Both the position numbers and the translations under genes were made by a program. From the NCBI GenBank assembly GCA_947479535.1, contig CANJZQ010000001.1:78324-142323 (forward strand): DNA of 64,000 bases, read 5' to 3'. Source of the DNA: Oligoflexales bacterium. GTDB taxonomy: Bacteria > Bdellovibrionota_B > Oligoflexia > Oligoflexales > RGVZ01. The notes beneath the pieces are model-generated. The model was not told the DNA's origin and searched no databases. It saw nothing but the letters and a program-made list of their open reading frames with translations. Within the stretch, counting starts at the first letter, position 1. Every line of letters starts with the position of its first letter. This document shows positions 9,045 through 20,851 of this stretch, piece by piece.

Positions 9045-9470
9045 GTGGCAAAGAAAGTAGTCGGACTAATCAAGCTTCAAATCCCTGCAGGCAAGGCGAA
9101 CCCGTCGCCTCCAGTTGGCCCGGCTCTCGGTCAGCGCGGTGTCAACATCATGGCATTCTGCAAGGAATTTAACGCCCGGACTCAGAAGCAGGTTGGTGAC
9201 AATCTGCCGACGATCATCACGGTCTACGCGGACAAGTCATTTTCGTTCATGACGAAGAGTCCACCCGCTTCGGACATGTTGAAGAAGGCTGCCAAGATCG
9301 AGAAAGGTTCCTCAACGCCGAGCAAGGCGACTTGTGGAACGGTCACGATGGCAAATGTGAAAGAAGTCGCTAAGGCGAAGATGGCAGATCTCAATGCGTT
9401 CACTGAGAAGTCTGCGATTAACACGATCCTTGGCTCAGCTCGCAGCATGGGTCTTCAGGTAATCGATTAA
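9045..9470 (+). CDS. rplK: 50S ribosomal protein L11
   Basis: 141 aa. [37 protein letters not shown] start with an AGGAGG RBS. Confidence 0.97.
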   Translation: MAKKVVGLIKLQIPAGKANPSPPVGPALGQRGVNIMAFCKEFNARTQKQVGDNLPTIITVYADKSFSFMTKSPPASDMLKKAAKIEKGSSTPSKATCGTVTMANVKEVAKAKMADLNAFTEKSAINTILGSARSMGLQVID

Positions 9471-9531
9471 CGTTTACACATAGTAGGAGAGTGGACATCG
9501 GTGTCTGCTCGGTCGAACTACGGAGAATGAT

Positions 9532-10227
9532 ATGACAACCAGAGGCAAAAAGTATCGCCTTGTCGCCGAGAAAGTGGATCGCAACAAGCAGTATCCCCTT
9601 GATGAAGCGGTGGCACTCCTCAAAGAAGTTTCATACGCGAAGTTTGATGGTACGGTAGATCTGGCCATTAATCTCGGTGTGGATCCCCGTCACGCAGACC
9701 AAAACGTCCGTGGCACTACGCCACTCCCGCATGGTCTTGGTAAAACCGTCCGCATCGTTGTGTTCGCAAAAGGTGACGCTGCCATTCAGGCATCGGCAGC
9801 TGGGATCGAGCATGTTGGTGGTGATGACCTTGCCTCCAAAATCGCCGGCGGTTGGCTTGAATTTGATCAAGTGGTAGCTACCCCGGACATGATGGGCGTG
9901 GTTGGAAAGCTTGGTCGGGTCCTCGGTCCTCGCGGTCTGATGCCAAACCCGAAATTAGGTACGGTTACTTTTGAAGTAACGAAAGCCATCAATGAGTTGA
10001 AGGCTGGTCGTACCGAGTTTAGGGTCGATAAGGCTGGCATCGCGCATTGTCCGGTGGGCAAGGCTGCGTTTCCAGTGGACAAGTTGGCGGACAACATTCG
10101 CGCTGTGCTGGATGCAGTGTTAAAGGCGAAGCCTTCAACTGCCAAGGGTATGTACCTTAAAAAAATCAGCGTTTCCTCGACCATGAGCCCGGGTATTAAA
10201 ATTGACCCGGCGCCATTCCGTGGTTGA
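9532..10227 (+). CDS. rplA: 50S ribosomal protein L1
   Basis: 231 aa. [25 protein letters not shown] and [15 protein letters not shown] motifs. Confidence 0.97.
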   Translation: MTTRGKKYRLVAEKVDRNKQYPLDEAVALLKEVSYAKFDGTVDLAINLGVDPRHADQNVRGTTPLPHGLGKTVRIVVFAKGDAAIQASAAGIEHVGGDDLASKIAGGWLEFDQVVATPDMMGVVGKLGRVLGPRGLMPNPKLGTVTFEVTKAINELKAGRTEFRVDKAGIAHCPVGKAAFPVDKLADNIRAVLDAVLKAKPSTAKGMYLKKISVSSTMSPGIKIDPAPFRG

Positions 10228-10263
10228 TTGATCGGTCTATAGGAAGAGGAAGGGAATCGAACC

Positions 10264-10797
10264 ATGGCTATGGATCGTGCACAAAAAGCGGCGCTAAGAG
10301 ACAGTCTCGCAGAGCGCTTTGAAAAAGCTAGCGGAGCAGTTATTGCTGAGTACCGCGGCTTGACGGTGGCTGACCTGACCGAGTTGCGCGTGAAGCTTCG
10401 CGCTGCCGGTGCGGAATTCAGGGTTCTCAAGAACCGGGTCGCCAAAAAAGCAATTGAAGCCAAGTCGCCGAAGACAGCGGCCATCCTTAAGGACATCAAG
10501 GGTCCGATTGGTTTGGTCCTGATCAGCGGAGATTTTGCAGCAGCGACGAAGTCGTTGCTGGAATTCGGCAAGGATCGTGGTGAGAAGTTTAAGGTCACTG
10601 CTGGCGTCATGGATGCTATGCGGGTGACGGCGGACGATCTCAAGGCGATCTCAGAGTTGCCAAGCAAAGGGGTGCTTCTCGGGCGGATCGTTGGAACATT
10701 GGTATCGCCACATCGTGGCCTGCTGACTGTTTTGAACGGCGTACCACGGAGCTTGGTGCAAGTGATCAATGCAATCAAAGAGACGAAGAACGCATAA
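10264..10797 (+). CDS. rplJ: 50S ribosomal protein L10
   Basis: 177 aa. [18 protein letters not shown] is the typical L10 N-terminus. The gene lies between rplA and rplL. Confidence 0.95.
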   Translation: MAMDRAQKAALRDSLAERFEKASGAVIAEYRGLTVADLTELRVKLRAAGAEFRVLKNRVAKKAIEAKSPKTAAILKDIKGPIGLVLISGDFAAATKSLLEFGKDRGEKFKVTAGVMDAMRVTADDLKAISELPSKGVLLGRIVGTLVSPHRGLLTVLNGVPRSLVQVINAIKETKNA

Positions 10798-10845
10798 TTA
10801 ATCTTCCGGTCTTAAAAGGACGGAAGTGCTCTAGGAGGAAGACCC

Positions 10846-11223
10846 ATGTCAGCCGTAACAAAAGAACAAGTAATCCAGTTCCTGGAAAACCTCACGCTGC
10901 TCCAAGCTGCTGAGCTCGTGAAAGAACTCGAGACCAAGTTTGGCGTTAGTGCTTCTGCCCCGATGGCAGTTGCTGCAATGCCAGCTGGTGCTGCTGCTGC
11001 TGCTGAAGAACAGACCGAGTTCACGGTTGTTCTTAAGGACTGTGGCGCAAACAAGATCAACGTGATCAAGGAAGTTCGCACGATTACTGGTCTTGGTCTG
11101 AAAGAAGCCAAAGATCTCGTTGAAGGCGCGCCGAAGACTGTGAAAGAAGGCGTGAGCAAAGAAGAATCGGCTAAAATCAAGGACGTCCTTGAAAAAGCCG
11201 GTGCAAAAGTCGAAGTTAAGTAA
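10846..11223 (+). CDS. rplL: 50S ribosomal protein L7/L12
   Basis: 125 aa. Ala-rich hinge ([13 protein letters not shown]) and a C-terminal domain [28 protein letters not shown]. Confidence 0.97.
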   Translation: MSAVTKEQVIQFLENLTLLQAAELVKELETKFGVSASAPMAVAAMPAGAAAAAEEQTEFTVVLKDCGANKINVIKEVRTITGLGLKEAKDLVEGAPKTVKEGVSKEESAKIKDVLEKAGAKVEVK

Positions 11224-11230
11224 CTTTCGC

Positions 11231-11249
11231 CCAGCGGCGCGGCCGCTGG
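11231..11249 (+). terminator. GC-rich hairpin just after rplL (candidate rplL-rpoB attenuator)
   Basis: CCAGCGGC-GCG-GCCGCTGG forms an 8-bp perfect stem with a 3-nt loop, 8 nt after the rplL stop, followed by TGTTGAG. It occupies the same position as the partial terminator known between rplL and rpoB in E. coli. Confidence 0.45.
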
Positions 11250-11412
11250 TGTTGAGTGGTTGTGATGGCTGCCCGAGCACGATCAACCAGTTTAGCATCA
11301 GCGGCCTGCTCGCAGGACGGCTAAGGTTGCTTAACAGAATACCCCACGAGCTGGTGCTTGTTGGGGTCTCGTCGCTTGATGTTCTTTTGATCCCTGTTCT
11401 AAGGAGTGCCTG

Positions 11413-14400
11413 ATGACCTCCCTGGCTGCGAGTTTCACCCGGCCTAGAAAAAGTTTTGCGAAGATCCCGTCTTCGGTCGATCTTCCATATTTAATTGAAA
11501 TTCAAAAGACGAGTTACAACCAGTTCCTCCAAGCTGAGATTGAACCGGGTAAGCGGAAAAACGTTGGCCTCGAGTCAGTGTTTCGCTCTGTATTTCCGAT
11601 TCAGGACTTTGCAGGTACGGCTTCGGTTGAGTTCGTCAGTTATTCATTTGAGGAGCCCAAATACACAGTCGACGAATGTCGCCAGCGCGGGATGAGCTTT
11701 GCGGCTCCCCTCAAGGTGATCATTCGCCTTGTGGTGTGGGATGTCGATAAAGATACGGCTGTGAAGAGCATTCGCGACGTGAAAGAGCAGGAAGTTTACT
11801 TTGGTGAACTTCCGCTGATGACCAGCGATGGTACATTCATCATCAACGGCACCGAGCGTGTTGTTGTTTCTCAGCTTCACCGTTCTTCTGGCGTGTTCTT
11901 TGATCATGACAAGGGACGCAATAGCGCATCCGGCAAACTACTTTACACGGCTCGGGTCATTCCTTACCGCGGTAGTTGGTTGGACTTGGAATTCGATGCG
12001 AAAGACATGCTGTATGTCCGCATTGACCGGCGTCGTAAATTGCATGCGACGATCCTCCTTCGCGCGCTCGGTTTCACCGAAGAGCAGATGCTTGACTATT
12101 TCTACAGCAAGGAAACGGTCCGCATCCGTGAAGGTCAGTTTGAAAAGAAACTGAACTTTGACCTCCTCCGTGGTCAGCGTGCATCTTCGGACATCGTGGA
12201 CCCGGAGTCGGGTAAAGTATTCGTAAAGCGCAACCGCCGCATCTCGGTAGGCGCGATCCGGCAGATGCAACAAGCGGGCCTTGAGTATCAGACTCTGGCC
12301 GCCGAAGATCTCGTTGGTAAAATTGCCGCGCAGAATATTACGGCAAAAGATGAGACAGTGCTCGTTCCGCTCAACGGTGAGTTGACCGAAGAAAGCATGT
12401 TGGAAATCGTTAAAGCCGGTGTCAAGTCTTTCGAGATTCTCTTTATTGACAACCTCAACGTTGACTCTTCATTCCGCAACACCCTTGTGGCGGATAAGAT
12501 TCCCAACGGTGAGAAGGGGCGTCAAGAAGCGATCCTCGAGATCTATAAACGCCTGCGTCCTGGTGATCCTCCATCGATCGAGCCTGCGCAGACTCTCTTT
12601 GATAATCTCTTTTTTAACGCTGACCGCTACGACCTTAGTGCTGTCGGTCGTTTGAAGTTGAACGAACGTCTTGGTTTAGATCTTCCGCTGGAACAGCGCA
12701 CGCTTACCAAGGAAGATATTCTCCGGACGATTGAGTATCTGCTTAAGCTGAAAAACGGCGATGGCGACATCGACGACATCGATCACTTGGGCAACCGCCG
12801 CGTTCGCGCGGTGGGTGAACTGCTTGAAAATCAGTACCGGATTGGCTTGCTCCGGATTGAGCGTGCGATCCGGGAACGCCTCCAATTGCAGGATGTCGAT
12901 ACCCTCCTTCCGCATGACTTCATCAACAACAAGCCGGCATCGGCTGTGGTGAAGGAGTTTTTCGGAAGTTCGCAGCTGAGCCAGTTTATGGATCAGACCA
13001 ACCCGCTGTCTGAAGTGACGCACAAGCGTCGCCTTTCGGCCCTTGGACCCGGTGGTTTGAGTCGTGAGCGCGCGGGATTTGAAGTCCGCGACGTGCACCC
13101 GACACACTACGGTCGTATTTGCCCGGTCGAGACCCCTGAAGGTCCGAACATCGGACTGATTGCATCGTTGGCTTCCTATGCCCGCGTCAATGAGTACGGT
13201 TTTATTGAGACGCCCTATCGCGATCTCAAGGAAAAAGATTCGAAGAAGGCTGTCCGTTACTACACGGCATCGGAAGAGCATCGCGATCATGTGATCGCGC
13301 AGGCGGCTCCGGCCGGAACCCACAAGCCGGATGATTTCATGGCGGCCCGTCGCCGCGGCGAAAGCGAAATCGTGCGCGCCGAAGAAGCGGACTTGATGGA
13401 CGTTGCAACAAACCAGTTGGTTTCGATTGCAGCCTCTCTGGTTCCGTTCCTTCAGAATGACGATGCCAACCGTGCCCTCATGGGTGCGAACATGCAGCGT
13501 CAGGCTGTGCCTTTGATGAAGACCCGTGCTCCTCTTGTGGGCACTGGGTTGGAGCGTATCGTTGCCCGCGACTCGGGAGCCACCGTGGTGGCGCGTCGTG
13601 AAGGTGTGGTTGTTGCGGTGGATGCTGAGCGGATTGTCGTCAAGACAACTGAGGCAGAATCGGCCAGCGACGTCACAGAAGTCGGCGCGGACGTTGATAT
13701 CTATAACCTTCAGAAATACAAGCGTTCGAATTTGGATACTTGTATCAACCAGCGACCTATCGTCGTGAAGGGAGAAACCGTCAAGAAAGGCGACATTATC
13801 GCTGACGGATTCGCGACCGAGATGGGTGAGCTTGCTCTTGGTCAGAACGTGACCGTGGCATTCATGCCTTGGAGTGGATACAACTTCGAGGACTCCATTT
13901 TGATCAGTGAGCGTGTGGTGAAGGAAGATCTTTTCACCAGTGTTCACATCCAGGAATTTGAATGTATTTCCCGTGACACCAAACTCGGTGCCGAGGAAAT
14001 TACGGGTGACATTCCAAACGTCGGTGAAGAGGCTCTGGCAGATCTCGATACGTCCGGCATCATCCGGATCGGTGCAGAAGTTAAGCCCGGAGATCTGATG
14101 GTCGGTAAGATCACGCCGAAGGGCGAGACTCAATTGACCCCTGAAGAGAAGCTCCTGCGGGCTATTTTCGGTGAAAAGGCTGGCGACGTTCGCGATACGT
14201 CACTGCGGGTTCCCCCTGGAGTCGTTGGTACTGTGATTGGCGCCAAAGTCTTCGCACGAGCAGGAGCAGAGAAGGATGACCGTAGCCTCCAAATCGAAGA
14301 GCAGGAAATTGCGAAACTTCGCAAGGACGAGGCGGACCGGATTGCCATCATCAAGGATTCTGCTGCAGGTAAGATCGTCAAGATCTCTTCCGGCGAGTCT

Positions 14401-15579
14401 CTTGTTGCGGACATTAAGGACAAGTCGGGTGAAATCGTCGCCAAAAAGGGTGCGACGCTTGACGAGTCTCTTTTCGCGACGCTGGATTACATCCACTGGG
14501 ATCATCTTGCCGTCAAGAACGCGGAGAAGAACGGCCTCCTTCGCAAAGCACTCGAAAACCTTCGCGAGAAGGTGAATCTGATCAAGTACATGACCGAAGA
14601 GCAGATCAAGAAAGTTCGCAAGGGCGATGAGCTGCCGCCGGGCGTGATTAAAATGGTAAAGGTCTATGTTGCCATCAAGCGGAAGCTTGCAGTTGGTGAC
14701 AAGATGGCCGGTCGCCACGGTAACAAGGGTGTTGTTTCCCGGATTCTTCCGGAAGAAGACATGCCGTTCCAGGAAGACGGTCGTCCGGTTGACGTGGTTT
14801 TGAACCCGCTGGGTGTTCCTTCCCGTATGAACGTCGGTCAGATTCTGGAAGTACACTTGGGCGCCGCAGCGAAAGCTATCGGTGAAAAGCTCAACCGCAT
14901 CGTTGACGAAGTCAATAGCCGTGAAAACCTTGAAAAGTTGATTCTTGGCATTTGGGACGACGCGGAAGTCCGGTCTTTCCTGAAGTCGAGCTCCGACGAT
15001 GATCTGCGCCGGTTTGTTCGCAAGTACCGTGAAGGTGTGCATTTTGCGAACCCGGTGTTTGATGGTGCCAACGAAGCTGAAATTCGCGGACTCCTTGAGT
15101 TGGGCGATGTGTCGGCTAAAGGTCAGGTCGACCTTTATGACGGTCGTACCGGTAATAAGTTCGACAACAAGGTCACGGTTGGCGTCATGTACGTGCTGAA
15201 GCTGCACCATTTGGTTGACGAGAAGATTCACGCCCGTTCGATTGGTCCTTACTCGCTCGTGACTCAGCAGCCGCTGGGTGGCAAGGCGCAGTTTGGTGGC
15301 CAGCGTCTCGGGGAGATGGAAGTCTGGGCCATGGAAGCTTACGGTGCGGCATACACGCTCCAGGAGTTCCTGACGGTGAAATCCGATGACGTTCTTGGTC
15401 GTACACGCATGTACGAGTCGATCGTCAAGGGCCAGAACATGATGACCCCGGGCTTGCCCGAGAGCTTCAACGTTCTGGTGAAGGAACTGCAAAGTTTGGG
15501 CCTCGATGTCAATCTTCTGAAAAAAGATGGTCAGGAAATGACGCTCGATGGTCTCCTTCAACAACAGCCAGTGCAGTAA
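11413..15579 (+). CDS. rpoB: DNA-directed RNA polymerase subunit beta
   Basis: 1388 aa with conserved blocks throughout, for example [33 protein letters not shown] and [13 protein letters not shown]. Confidence 0.99.
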   Translation: MTSLAASFTRPRKSFAKIPSSVDLPYLIEIQKTSYNQFLQAEIEPGKRKNVGLESVFRSVFPIQDFAGTASVEFVSYSFEEPKYTVDECRQRGMSFAAPLKVIIRLVVWDVDKDTAVKSIRDVKEQEVYFGELPLMTSDGTFIINGTERVVVSQLHRSSGVFFDHDKGRNSASGKLLYTARVIPYRGSWLDLEFDAKDMLYVRIDRRRKLHATILLRALGFTEEQMLDYFYSKETVRIREGQFEKKLNFDLLRGQRASSDIVDPESGKVFVKRNRRISVGAIRQMQQAGLEYQTLAAEDLVGKIAAQNITAKDETVLVPLNGELTEESMLEIVKAGVKSFEILFIDNLNVDSSFRNTLVADKIPNGEKGRQEAILEIYKRLRPGDPPSIEPAQTLFDNLFFNADRYDLSAVGRLKLNERLGLDLPLEQRTLTKEDILRTIEYLLKLKNGDGDIDDIDHLGNRRVRAVGELLENQYRIGLLRIERAIRERLQLQDVDTLLPHDFINNKPASAVVKEFFGSSQLSQFMDQTNPLSEVTHKRRLSALGPGGLSRERAGFEVRDVHPTHYGRICPVETPEGPNIGLIASLASYARVNEYGFIETPYRDLKEKDSKKAVRYYTASEEHRDHVIAQAAPAGTHKPDDFMAARRRGESEIVRAEEADLMDVATNQLVSIAASLVPFLQNDDANRALMGANMQRQAVPLMKTRAPLVGTGLERIVARDSGATVVARREGVVVAVDAERIVVKTTEAESASDVTEVGADVDIYNLQKYKRSNLDTCINQRPIVVKGETVKKGDIIADGFATEMGELALGQNVTVAFMPWSGYNFEDSILISERVVKEDLFTSVHIQEFECISRDTKLGAEEITGDIPNVGEEALADLDTSGIIRIGAEVKPGDLMVGKITPKGETQLTPEEKLLRAIFGEKAGDVRDTSLRVPPGVVGTVIGAKVFARAGAEKDDRSLQIEEQEIAKLRKDEADRIAIIKDSAAGKIVKISSGESLVADIKDKSGEIVAKKGATLDESLFATLDYIHWDHLAVKNAEKNGLLRKALENLREKVNLIKYMTEEQIKKVRKGDELPPGVIKMVKVYVAIKRKLAVGDKMAGRHGNKGVVSRILPEEDMPFQEDGRPVDVVLNPLGVPSRMNVGQILEVHLGAAAKAIGEKLNRIVDEVNSRENLEKLILGIWDDAEVRSFLKSSSDDDLRRFVRKYREGVHFANPVFDGANEAEIRGLLELGDVSAKGQVDLYDGRTGNKFDNKVTVGVMYVLKLHHLVDEKIHARSIGPYSLVTQQPLGGKAQFGGQRLGEMEVWAMEAYGAAYTLQEFLTVKSDDVLGRTRMYESIVKGQNMMTPGLPESFNVLVKELQSLGLDVNLLKKDGQEMTLDGLLQQQPVQ

Positions 15580-15597
15580 GAAAGCGGGGCGATTACC

Positions 15598-18500
15598 TTG
15601 AGAGACTTACTGAATTTTTTTGATAAGCCTACCGATCCGTTGAACTTTACGGCCATCAAGATTTCTTTGGCATCGCCAGAGAAGATCCGTAGCTGGTCGT
15701 ATGGCGAAGTTAAAAAGCCAGAAACCATCAATTACCGGACATTCAAGCCGGAACGTGATGGTCTCTTTTGCGCCAAGATCTTCGGGCCAGTGCGCGACTT
15801 TGAGTGTATCTGCGGCAAGTATAAGCGCATGAAGCACCGTGGTATCGTGTGCGACAAGTGTGGTGTCGAAGTCATTCACTCCAAAGTTCGGCGTGAACGC
15901 CTTGGTCACATTAACCTTGCAACTCCCGTTGCTCATATTTGGTTCTTGAAGTCGCTCCCTTCCCGTATCGGCGCCATTTTAGATATGGCTCTAAAAGACG
16001 TGGAGCGGGTGCTTTATAGTGAATCCTATGTGGTTTTGGATCCCGGCAACGTCGATCAAACTGCGCTAAAAGTTGGCCAAATCCTCAGTGATGACGAGTA
16101 CGAGCGTCTTCTGAGTGAATTGGGCAATGGTGCGTTCCGTGTGAGCGTCGGGGCGGAAGCGATTCAGGAACTCCTGGGAGCTCTTCGGATCGAAGATCTC
16201 GCGGGCGAACTGCGGGAAGACCTCGCTGTCAGCACATCAGAAGCCGGTCGCAAGAAGTTGCAGAAGCGTCTGAAAGTGATCGACGCCTTTAACCAAAAGG
16301 ACGAGAGCGGCGAGTTTCACGCCAAGCCACAGTGGATGATGCTGAGCGTTATTCCTGTACTTCCTCCGGATTTGCGGCCTCTTGTGCCTCTCGATGGCGG
16401 TCGCTTTGCAACGTCCGATCTTAACGATCTTTACCGTCGCGTGATCAACCGGAACAACCGCTTGATTCGCCTGATGGAACTGAATGCTCCGGACATTATC
16501 ATTCGCAACGAAAAGCGGATGCTCCAGGAGTCGGTGGACGCCCTGTTTGACAACGGTCGTCGCGGGAAGGTTTTCACAGGCCCGAACAAGCGTCCGTTGC
16601 GCTCCCTGTCAGACATGCTGAAGGGTAAGCAAGGTCGTTTCCGTCAGAACCTTCTCGGCAAGCGTGTCGACTATTCCGGTCGGTCTGTGATTGTCGTGGG
16701 CCCTGATTTGCGTCTGCACCAGTGCGGTTTGCCGAAAAAGATGGCGATCGAGCTGTTCAAGCCATTCCTTTACAACAAGCTCGAAGAGCATGGCATCGTA
16801 TCGACGATCAAGAGCGCCAAGAAGCTGGTTGAAAAAGAGCGTCCAGAAGTTTGGGACTGCTTGGAAGAAGTGACGAAAGAGCATCCAGTGCTCCTCAACC
16901 GCGCTCCGACCCTGCACCGTCTCGGTATTCAGGCGTTTGAGCCGGTATTGATCGAAGGCAAGGCCATTCAGCTGCACCCTCTCGTCTGCTTCGCGTTCAA
17001 CGCAGACTTTGACGGTGACCAGATGGCCGTCCACGTTCCACTGTCTGTCGAAGCTCAGATGGAAGCCCGTGTTTTGATGATGTCGACGAACAACGTCCTC
17101 AGCCCGGCATCCGGTACCCCGGTGATCGTGCCAACGCAGGACATTGTTCTCGGGATCTACTATCTGACCCGTGAAGATATTGGTGCAAAAGGTGCCGGCA
17201 AAACCTTCTCCTCGATCGAGGAAGTTCGTGCGGCATACGATCATAATGAAGTGGATCTTCAGGCTCCAATTATGGTTCGATTGCGTAATCAGCGCATGGA
17301 AACCACGGTCGGTCGTGGACTTCTCTCTGAGATCCTTCCAGACGAAGTTCCGTTTGAAATGATCAACAAGACTCTTGGCAAGAAGCAGTTGGCGCATCTG
17401 GTCAATATCACGTTCCGGATCTGTGGGCCGAAGCGCACTGTGTTGCTGGCCGATGCCCTTCGGTCGATGGGATACCGTTATTCCACGAAGGCTGGTCTTT
17501 CGATCGCCATCAACGACATGGTAATCCCTGCAGGAAAGCAGAAGCTGCTTGCCGAAGCTTACGAAGAAGTTAAAAAAATCAAAGAGCAGTACTCCGAAGG
17601 TCTCTTGACCGAAGGCGAACGCTACAACAAGGTCATCGACATCTGGGCTAAAGTTACAGAAAATATTGCGGAAGACATGTTCAGCAATATTTCCCACATG
17701 GACCGCAAGGACCACAAGGGCGTCAACAAGCGCGTCCCGAGTGTGAACTCCATCTTTATGATGGCGGATTCAGGCGCCCGGGGTTCTGCTCAGCAGATTC
17801 GTCAGTTGGCTGGTATGCGTGGTTTGATGGCCAAGCCGTCCGGTGAGATTATTGAGACTCCGATTACTTCCAACTTCCGTGAAGGGTTGTCGGTTCTTGA
17901 GTATTTCACATCGACCCACGGTGCGCGTAAAGGTCTGGCCGATACGGCCCTCAAGACCGCAAGCTCGGGTTACCTCACGCGTCGTCTCGTGGATGTGGCG
18001 CAGGATGCCATCATCAGTGAGCCGGATTGCGGTGCTACTGACGGGATCAGCCTCACTCCGCTGCGTGAAGGTGCGGATGTCCGTGAATCCCTTGGTGAAC
18101 GGGTTCTTGGTCGCGTGATTTTGGAAGATATCATCAATCCGCAAAGCCAAACGGTCATCGCTAAGATGGGGACTTTGCTCGACGAAGACCTGTGCAAGGC
18201 AATTGACGAAGCTGGCGTTGAGACGGTGAAGATCCGCTCCGTTCTGACCTGTCAGGCAGCACGCGGAACCTGCGGCGCTTGTTACGGGCGTGATTTGGCC
18301 TCCGGACGCTTGGTTAATGCTGGTGAGGCGGTTGGCGTTATTGCTGCTCAGTCCATCGGTGAACCAGGTACCCAGCTCACCATGCGTACGTTCCACTTCG
18401 GCGGAACGATTACGCACAAGGTTGAAAAGAGCACAATTGACAGTCGATTCTCTGGTCGCGTCAAATTCAACAACATTCGCCACGTCACAAGTCGCGAAGG

Positions 18501-19731
18501 GCAATTGGTAGTTTTGACTCGTAACGGGGACATTCAGGTTCTGGATGAAACTGGAAAAGTTAAAGAGACATATCCGATCGTTTATGGCTCAGTCCTTCTT
18601 GTGAAGGAGGCTCAATCAGTAGCGGCAGGTGCTCGTCTGGCTGAATGGGATCCGTTCGCAGTGCCTATCGTTTCCGAATTTGCCGGTCGCATTCGTTACT
18701 CTGACCTCAAGGAAGGTCAGTCTCTCGATGAGCGTACGGATGATGTAACGTTCATGACTCGTAAGGTAGTGACCGATGCAAAGGGCACCAACCTGAAGCC
18801 TGCCATCGAGATCATCGGTGAAGGCGACAAACGCGCGATCCGTTACGGCTTACCCGTCGGTGCGATGTTGGCGATGGAAGACAATTCGGTTGTGGCTCCT
18901 GGCGATATCATTGCCAAGATCCCGCGTGAGACGACGAAGACCAAGGATATTACCGGTGGTTTGCCGCGGGTAGCGGAGCTTTTTGAAGCCCGTAAGCCAA
19001 AAGACATGGCCATCATGGCTGACCGGGATGGGACAATTGAGTTCGGAGCCGACACCAAGGGTAAGCGTAAGCTGATCATCAAAGGTGTCGACGGAACGGA
19101 CAAGGATTACGCCATCCAAAAAGGTCGCCACGTGATTGTGACTGAGGGCGACTACGTCCGGAAGGGTGAGTTTTTAGTCGATGGTTCAGCGAATCCTCAT
19201 GAAATCCTTGAGGTTTTGGGTCGAGTTGCTTTGGCCCGGTACCTGGTGGACGAGATCCAGGAGGTCTATCGCCTCCAGGGTGTGAAGATTAACGACAAGC
19301 ATATCGAAGTTATCGTGCGTCAGATGCTCCGGCGGGTCAGGGTTGTCGACCCTGGTGATAGCCAGTTCCTGCCAAACGAGCAGGTCGAGCGCGTCGAAGT
19401 CGATGACGAAAACAAGAAGTTGGTCCTCGATAGCAAGAAGCCGGCAACGTGGGAACCAGTGCTGCTGGGTATCACCAAAGCTTCTTTGTCGACCGAGAGT
19501 TTCATTTCGGCTGCCTCCTTCCAGGAGACGACGAAGGTGCTCACGGAGGCGAGTATCAACAGTAAAATCGATCACTTGCGCGGCTTGAAAGAGAACGTGA
19601 TCATGGGTCGCTTGATTCCTGCCGGTACGGGTGCGTCGTACTACCGGAATCTGAAGGCCGTTGTTCATGGACAGGAAAATGCTCGCGCAGGTCACGCTGC
19701 AAATGAAGCGTTGGAGGTTGCCCACCAGTAA
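15598..19731 (+). CDS. rpoC: DNA-directed RNA polymerase subunit beta'
   Basis: 1377 aa. Zn-finger [23 protein letters not shown] and catalytic [15 protein letters not shown] start. Confidence 0.99.
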   Translation: MRDLLNFFDKPTDPLNFTAIKISLASPEKIRSWSYGEVKKPETINYRTFKPERDGLFCAKIFGPVRDFECICGKYKRMKHRGIVCDKCGVEVIHSKVRRERLGHINLATPVAHIWFLKSLPSRIGAILDMALKDVERVLYSESYVVLDPGNVDQTALKVGQILSDDEYERLLSELGNGAFRVSVGAEAIQELLGALRIEDLAGELREDLAVSTSEAGRKKLQKRLKVIDAFNQKDESGEFHAKPQWMMLSVIPVLPPDLRPLVPLDGGRFATSDLNDLYRRVINRNNRLIRLMELNAPDIIIRNEKRMLQESVDALFDNGRRGKVFTGPNKRPLRSLSDMLKGKQGRFRQNLLGKRVDYSGRSVIVVGPDLRLHQCGLPKKMAIELFKPFLYNKLEEHGIVSTIKSAKKLVEKERPEVWDCLEEVTKEHPVLLNRAPTLHRLGIQAFEPVLIEGKAIQLHPLVCFAFNADFDGDQMAVHVPLSVEAQMEARVLMMSTNNVLSPASGTPVIVPTQDIVLGIYYLTREDIGAKGAGKTFSSIEEVRAAYDHNEVDLQAPIMVRLRNQRMETTVGRGLLSEILPDEVPFEMINKTLGKKQLAHLVNITFRICGPKRTVLLADALRSMGYRYSTKAGLSIAINDMVIPAGKQKLLAEAYEEVKKIKEQYSEGLLTEGERYNKVIDIWAKVTENIAEDMFSNISHMDRKDHKGVNKRVPSVNSIFMMADSGARGSAQQIRQLAGMRGLMAKPSGEIIETPITSNFREGLSVLEYFTSTHGARKGLADTALKTASSGYLTRRLVDVAQDAIISEPDCGATDGISLTPLREGADVRESLGERVLGRVILEDIINPQSQTVIAKMGTLLDEDLCKAIDEAGVETVKIRSVLTCQAARGTCGACYGRDLASGRLVNAGEAVGVIAAQSIGEPGTQLTMRTFHFGGTITHKVEKSTIDSRFSGRVKFNNIRHVTSREGQLVVLTRNGDIQVLDETGKVKETYPIVYGSVLLVKEAQSVAAGARLAEWDPFAVPIVSEFAGRIRYSDLKEGQSLDERTDDVTFMTRKVVTDAKGTNLKPAIEIIGEGDKRAIRYGLPVGAMLAMEDNSVVAPGDIIAKIPRETTKTKDITGGLPRVAELFEARKPKDMAIMADRDGTIEFGADTKGKRKLIIKGVDGTDKDYAIQKGRHVIVTEGDYVRKGEFLVDGSANPHEILEVLGRVALARYLVDEIQEVYRLQGVKINDKHIEVIVRQMLRRVRVVDPGDSQFLPNEQVERVEVDDENKKLVLDSKKPATWEPVLLGITKASLSTESFISAASFQETTKVLTEASINSKIDHLRGLKENVIMGRLIPAGTGASYYRNLKAVVHGQENARAGHAANEALEVAHQ

Positions 19732-19751
19732 TTGCTGGGGGGTAGCCAAGG

Positions 19752-19778
19752 GCCCTGATTCACTGTTGCAATCAGGGC
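19752..19778 (+). terminator. Hairpin after rpoC (candidate weak terminator)
   Basis: GCCCTGATT (19752-19760) pairs with AATCAGGGC (19770-19778), giving a 9-bp stem and 9-nt loop. It is followed by GGCGCTTTGG, a poor U-tract. Confidence 0.4.
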
Positions 19779-19849
19779 GGCGCTTTGGTAGGAAACGGAA
19801 CCCGCGTACGGTCATGACGCCGGTCCAGAAGTTTAAGGAATAGGGTTAC

Positions 19850-20230
19850 ATGCCAACGATTAACCAGTTAATTGCAAACGGACGCCAAGTTCAGAAGGCG
19901 AAGACGAAATCGCCAGCTCTAAAGAGCTCGCCGATGCGTCGCGGAGTCTGCGTCCGTGTTTACACGACCACCCCAAAGAAGCCTAACTCGGCTCTCCGTA
20001 AGGTTGCCCGTGTTCGTTTGACCAACGGTGTGGAAGTCACGTCGTACATCGGCGGTGAAGGCCACAACCTCCAGGAACACTCTGTAGTGATGGTTCGCGG
20101 CGGCAAAGTTAAAGACTTGCCGGGTGTACGTTATCACTGTGTCCGTGGCGGGCTCGACTGTGCAGGCGTAAATGCCCGCCGTCAGGGTCGCAGCAAGTAC
20201 GGCGCCAAGAAACCAAAAGCAGCTAACTGA
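19850..20230 (+). CDS. rpsL: 30S ribosomal protein S12
   Basis: 126 aa. MPTINQLI...[21 protein letters not shown]. Confidence 0.98.
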   Translation: MPTINQLIANGRQVQKAKTKSPALKSSPMRRGVCVRVYTTTPKKPNSALRKVARVRLTNGVEVTSYIGGEGHNLQEHSVVMVRGGKVKDLPGVRYHCVRGGLDCAGVNARRQGRSKYGAKKPKAAN

Positions 20231-20248
20231 GATTAGTGGGAGACTCGC

Positions 20249-20737
20249 ATGGCTCGCCGCCGGCAAATTGAAAAACGTGTGATCCTTCCGGATCCGAAGT
20301 ACAAAGATATCCTCGTCACCAAGTTCATCAACGGCATGATGTACGATGGCAAGAAGACCGCTGCTGAGAGCGCGTTTTACGGTGCCCTTGATTTGATCGA
20401 AGGCCGTGGCCCACAAGGTCTTGGCACCTACAAAAGCACGCTGGAACTTTTCCGCGCAGCAGTGGACAATGTTCGTCCACTGCTCGAAGTGAAGTCCCGT
20501 CGCGTTGGTGGGTCCAACTACCAGGTGCCAGTTGAGGTTCGCCCTGAACGCCGTCAGGCTTTGGCGATCCGCTGGCTGGTGGAGTTCTCCCGTAGCCGCG
20601 CAGGAAAAAGCATGGGTGAGCGTCTTGCAAACGAGCTGATTGATGCTGCCAATAAGCGTGGCGGAGCAATCAAGCGTCGGGAAGACGTTCACAAGATGGC
20701 AGAGGCCAACAAGGCTTTCGCTCACTTCCGCTGGTAA
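20249..20737 (+). CDS. rpsG: 30S ribosomal protein S7
   Basis: 162 aa. [18 protein letters not shown]...[13 protein letters not shown]. Confidence 0.98.
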   Translation: MARRRQIEKRVILPDPKYKDILVTKFINGMMYDGKKTAAESAFYGALDLIEGRGPQGLGTYKSTLELFRAAVDNVRPLLEVKSRRVGGSNYQVPVEVRPERRQALAIRWLVEFSRSRAGKSMGERLANELIDAANKRGGAIKRREDVHKMAEANKAFAHFRW

Positions 20738-20787
20738 AATCGAGACAGGTTGCGTTCAGGGTTCGCTCTCGCGCAGCCTCAATACAG

Positions 20788-20826
20788 ACCCAGATGTTAG
20801 CCTTTTTGGCGCGTCTGGGTTTTTTA
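20788..20826 (+). terminator. Rho-independent terminator between rpsG and fusA
   Basis: ACCCAGATG (20788-20796) pairs with CGTCTGGGT (20812-20820), giving 9 bp including one G-U. The stem is immediately followed by a T6 run (20820-20825). Confidence 0.7.
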
Positions 20827-20851
20827 TGATCTTCTGCTAGGTGCAACGTCG

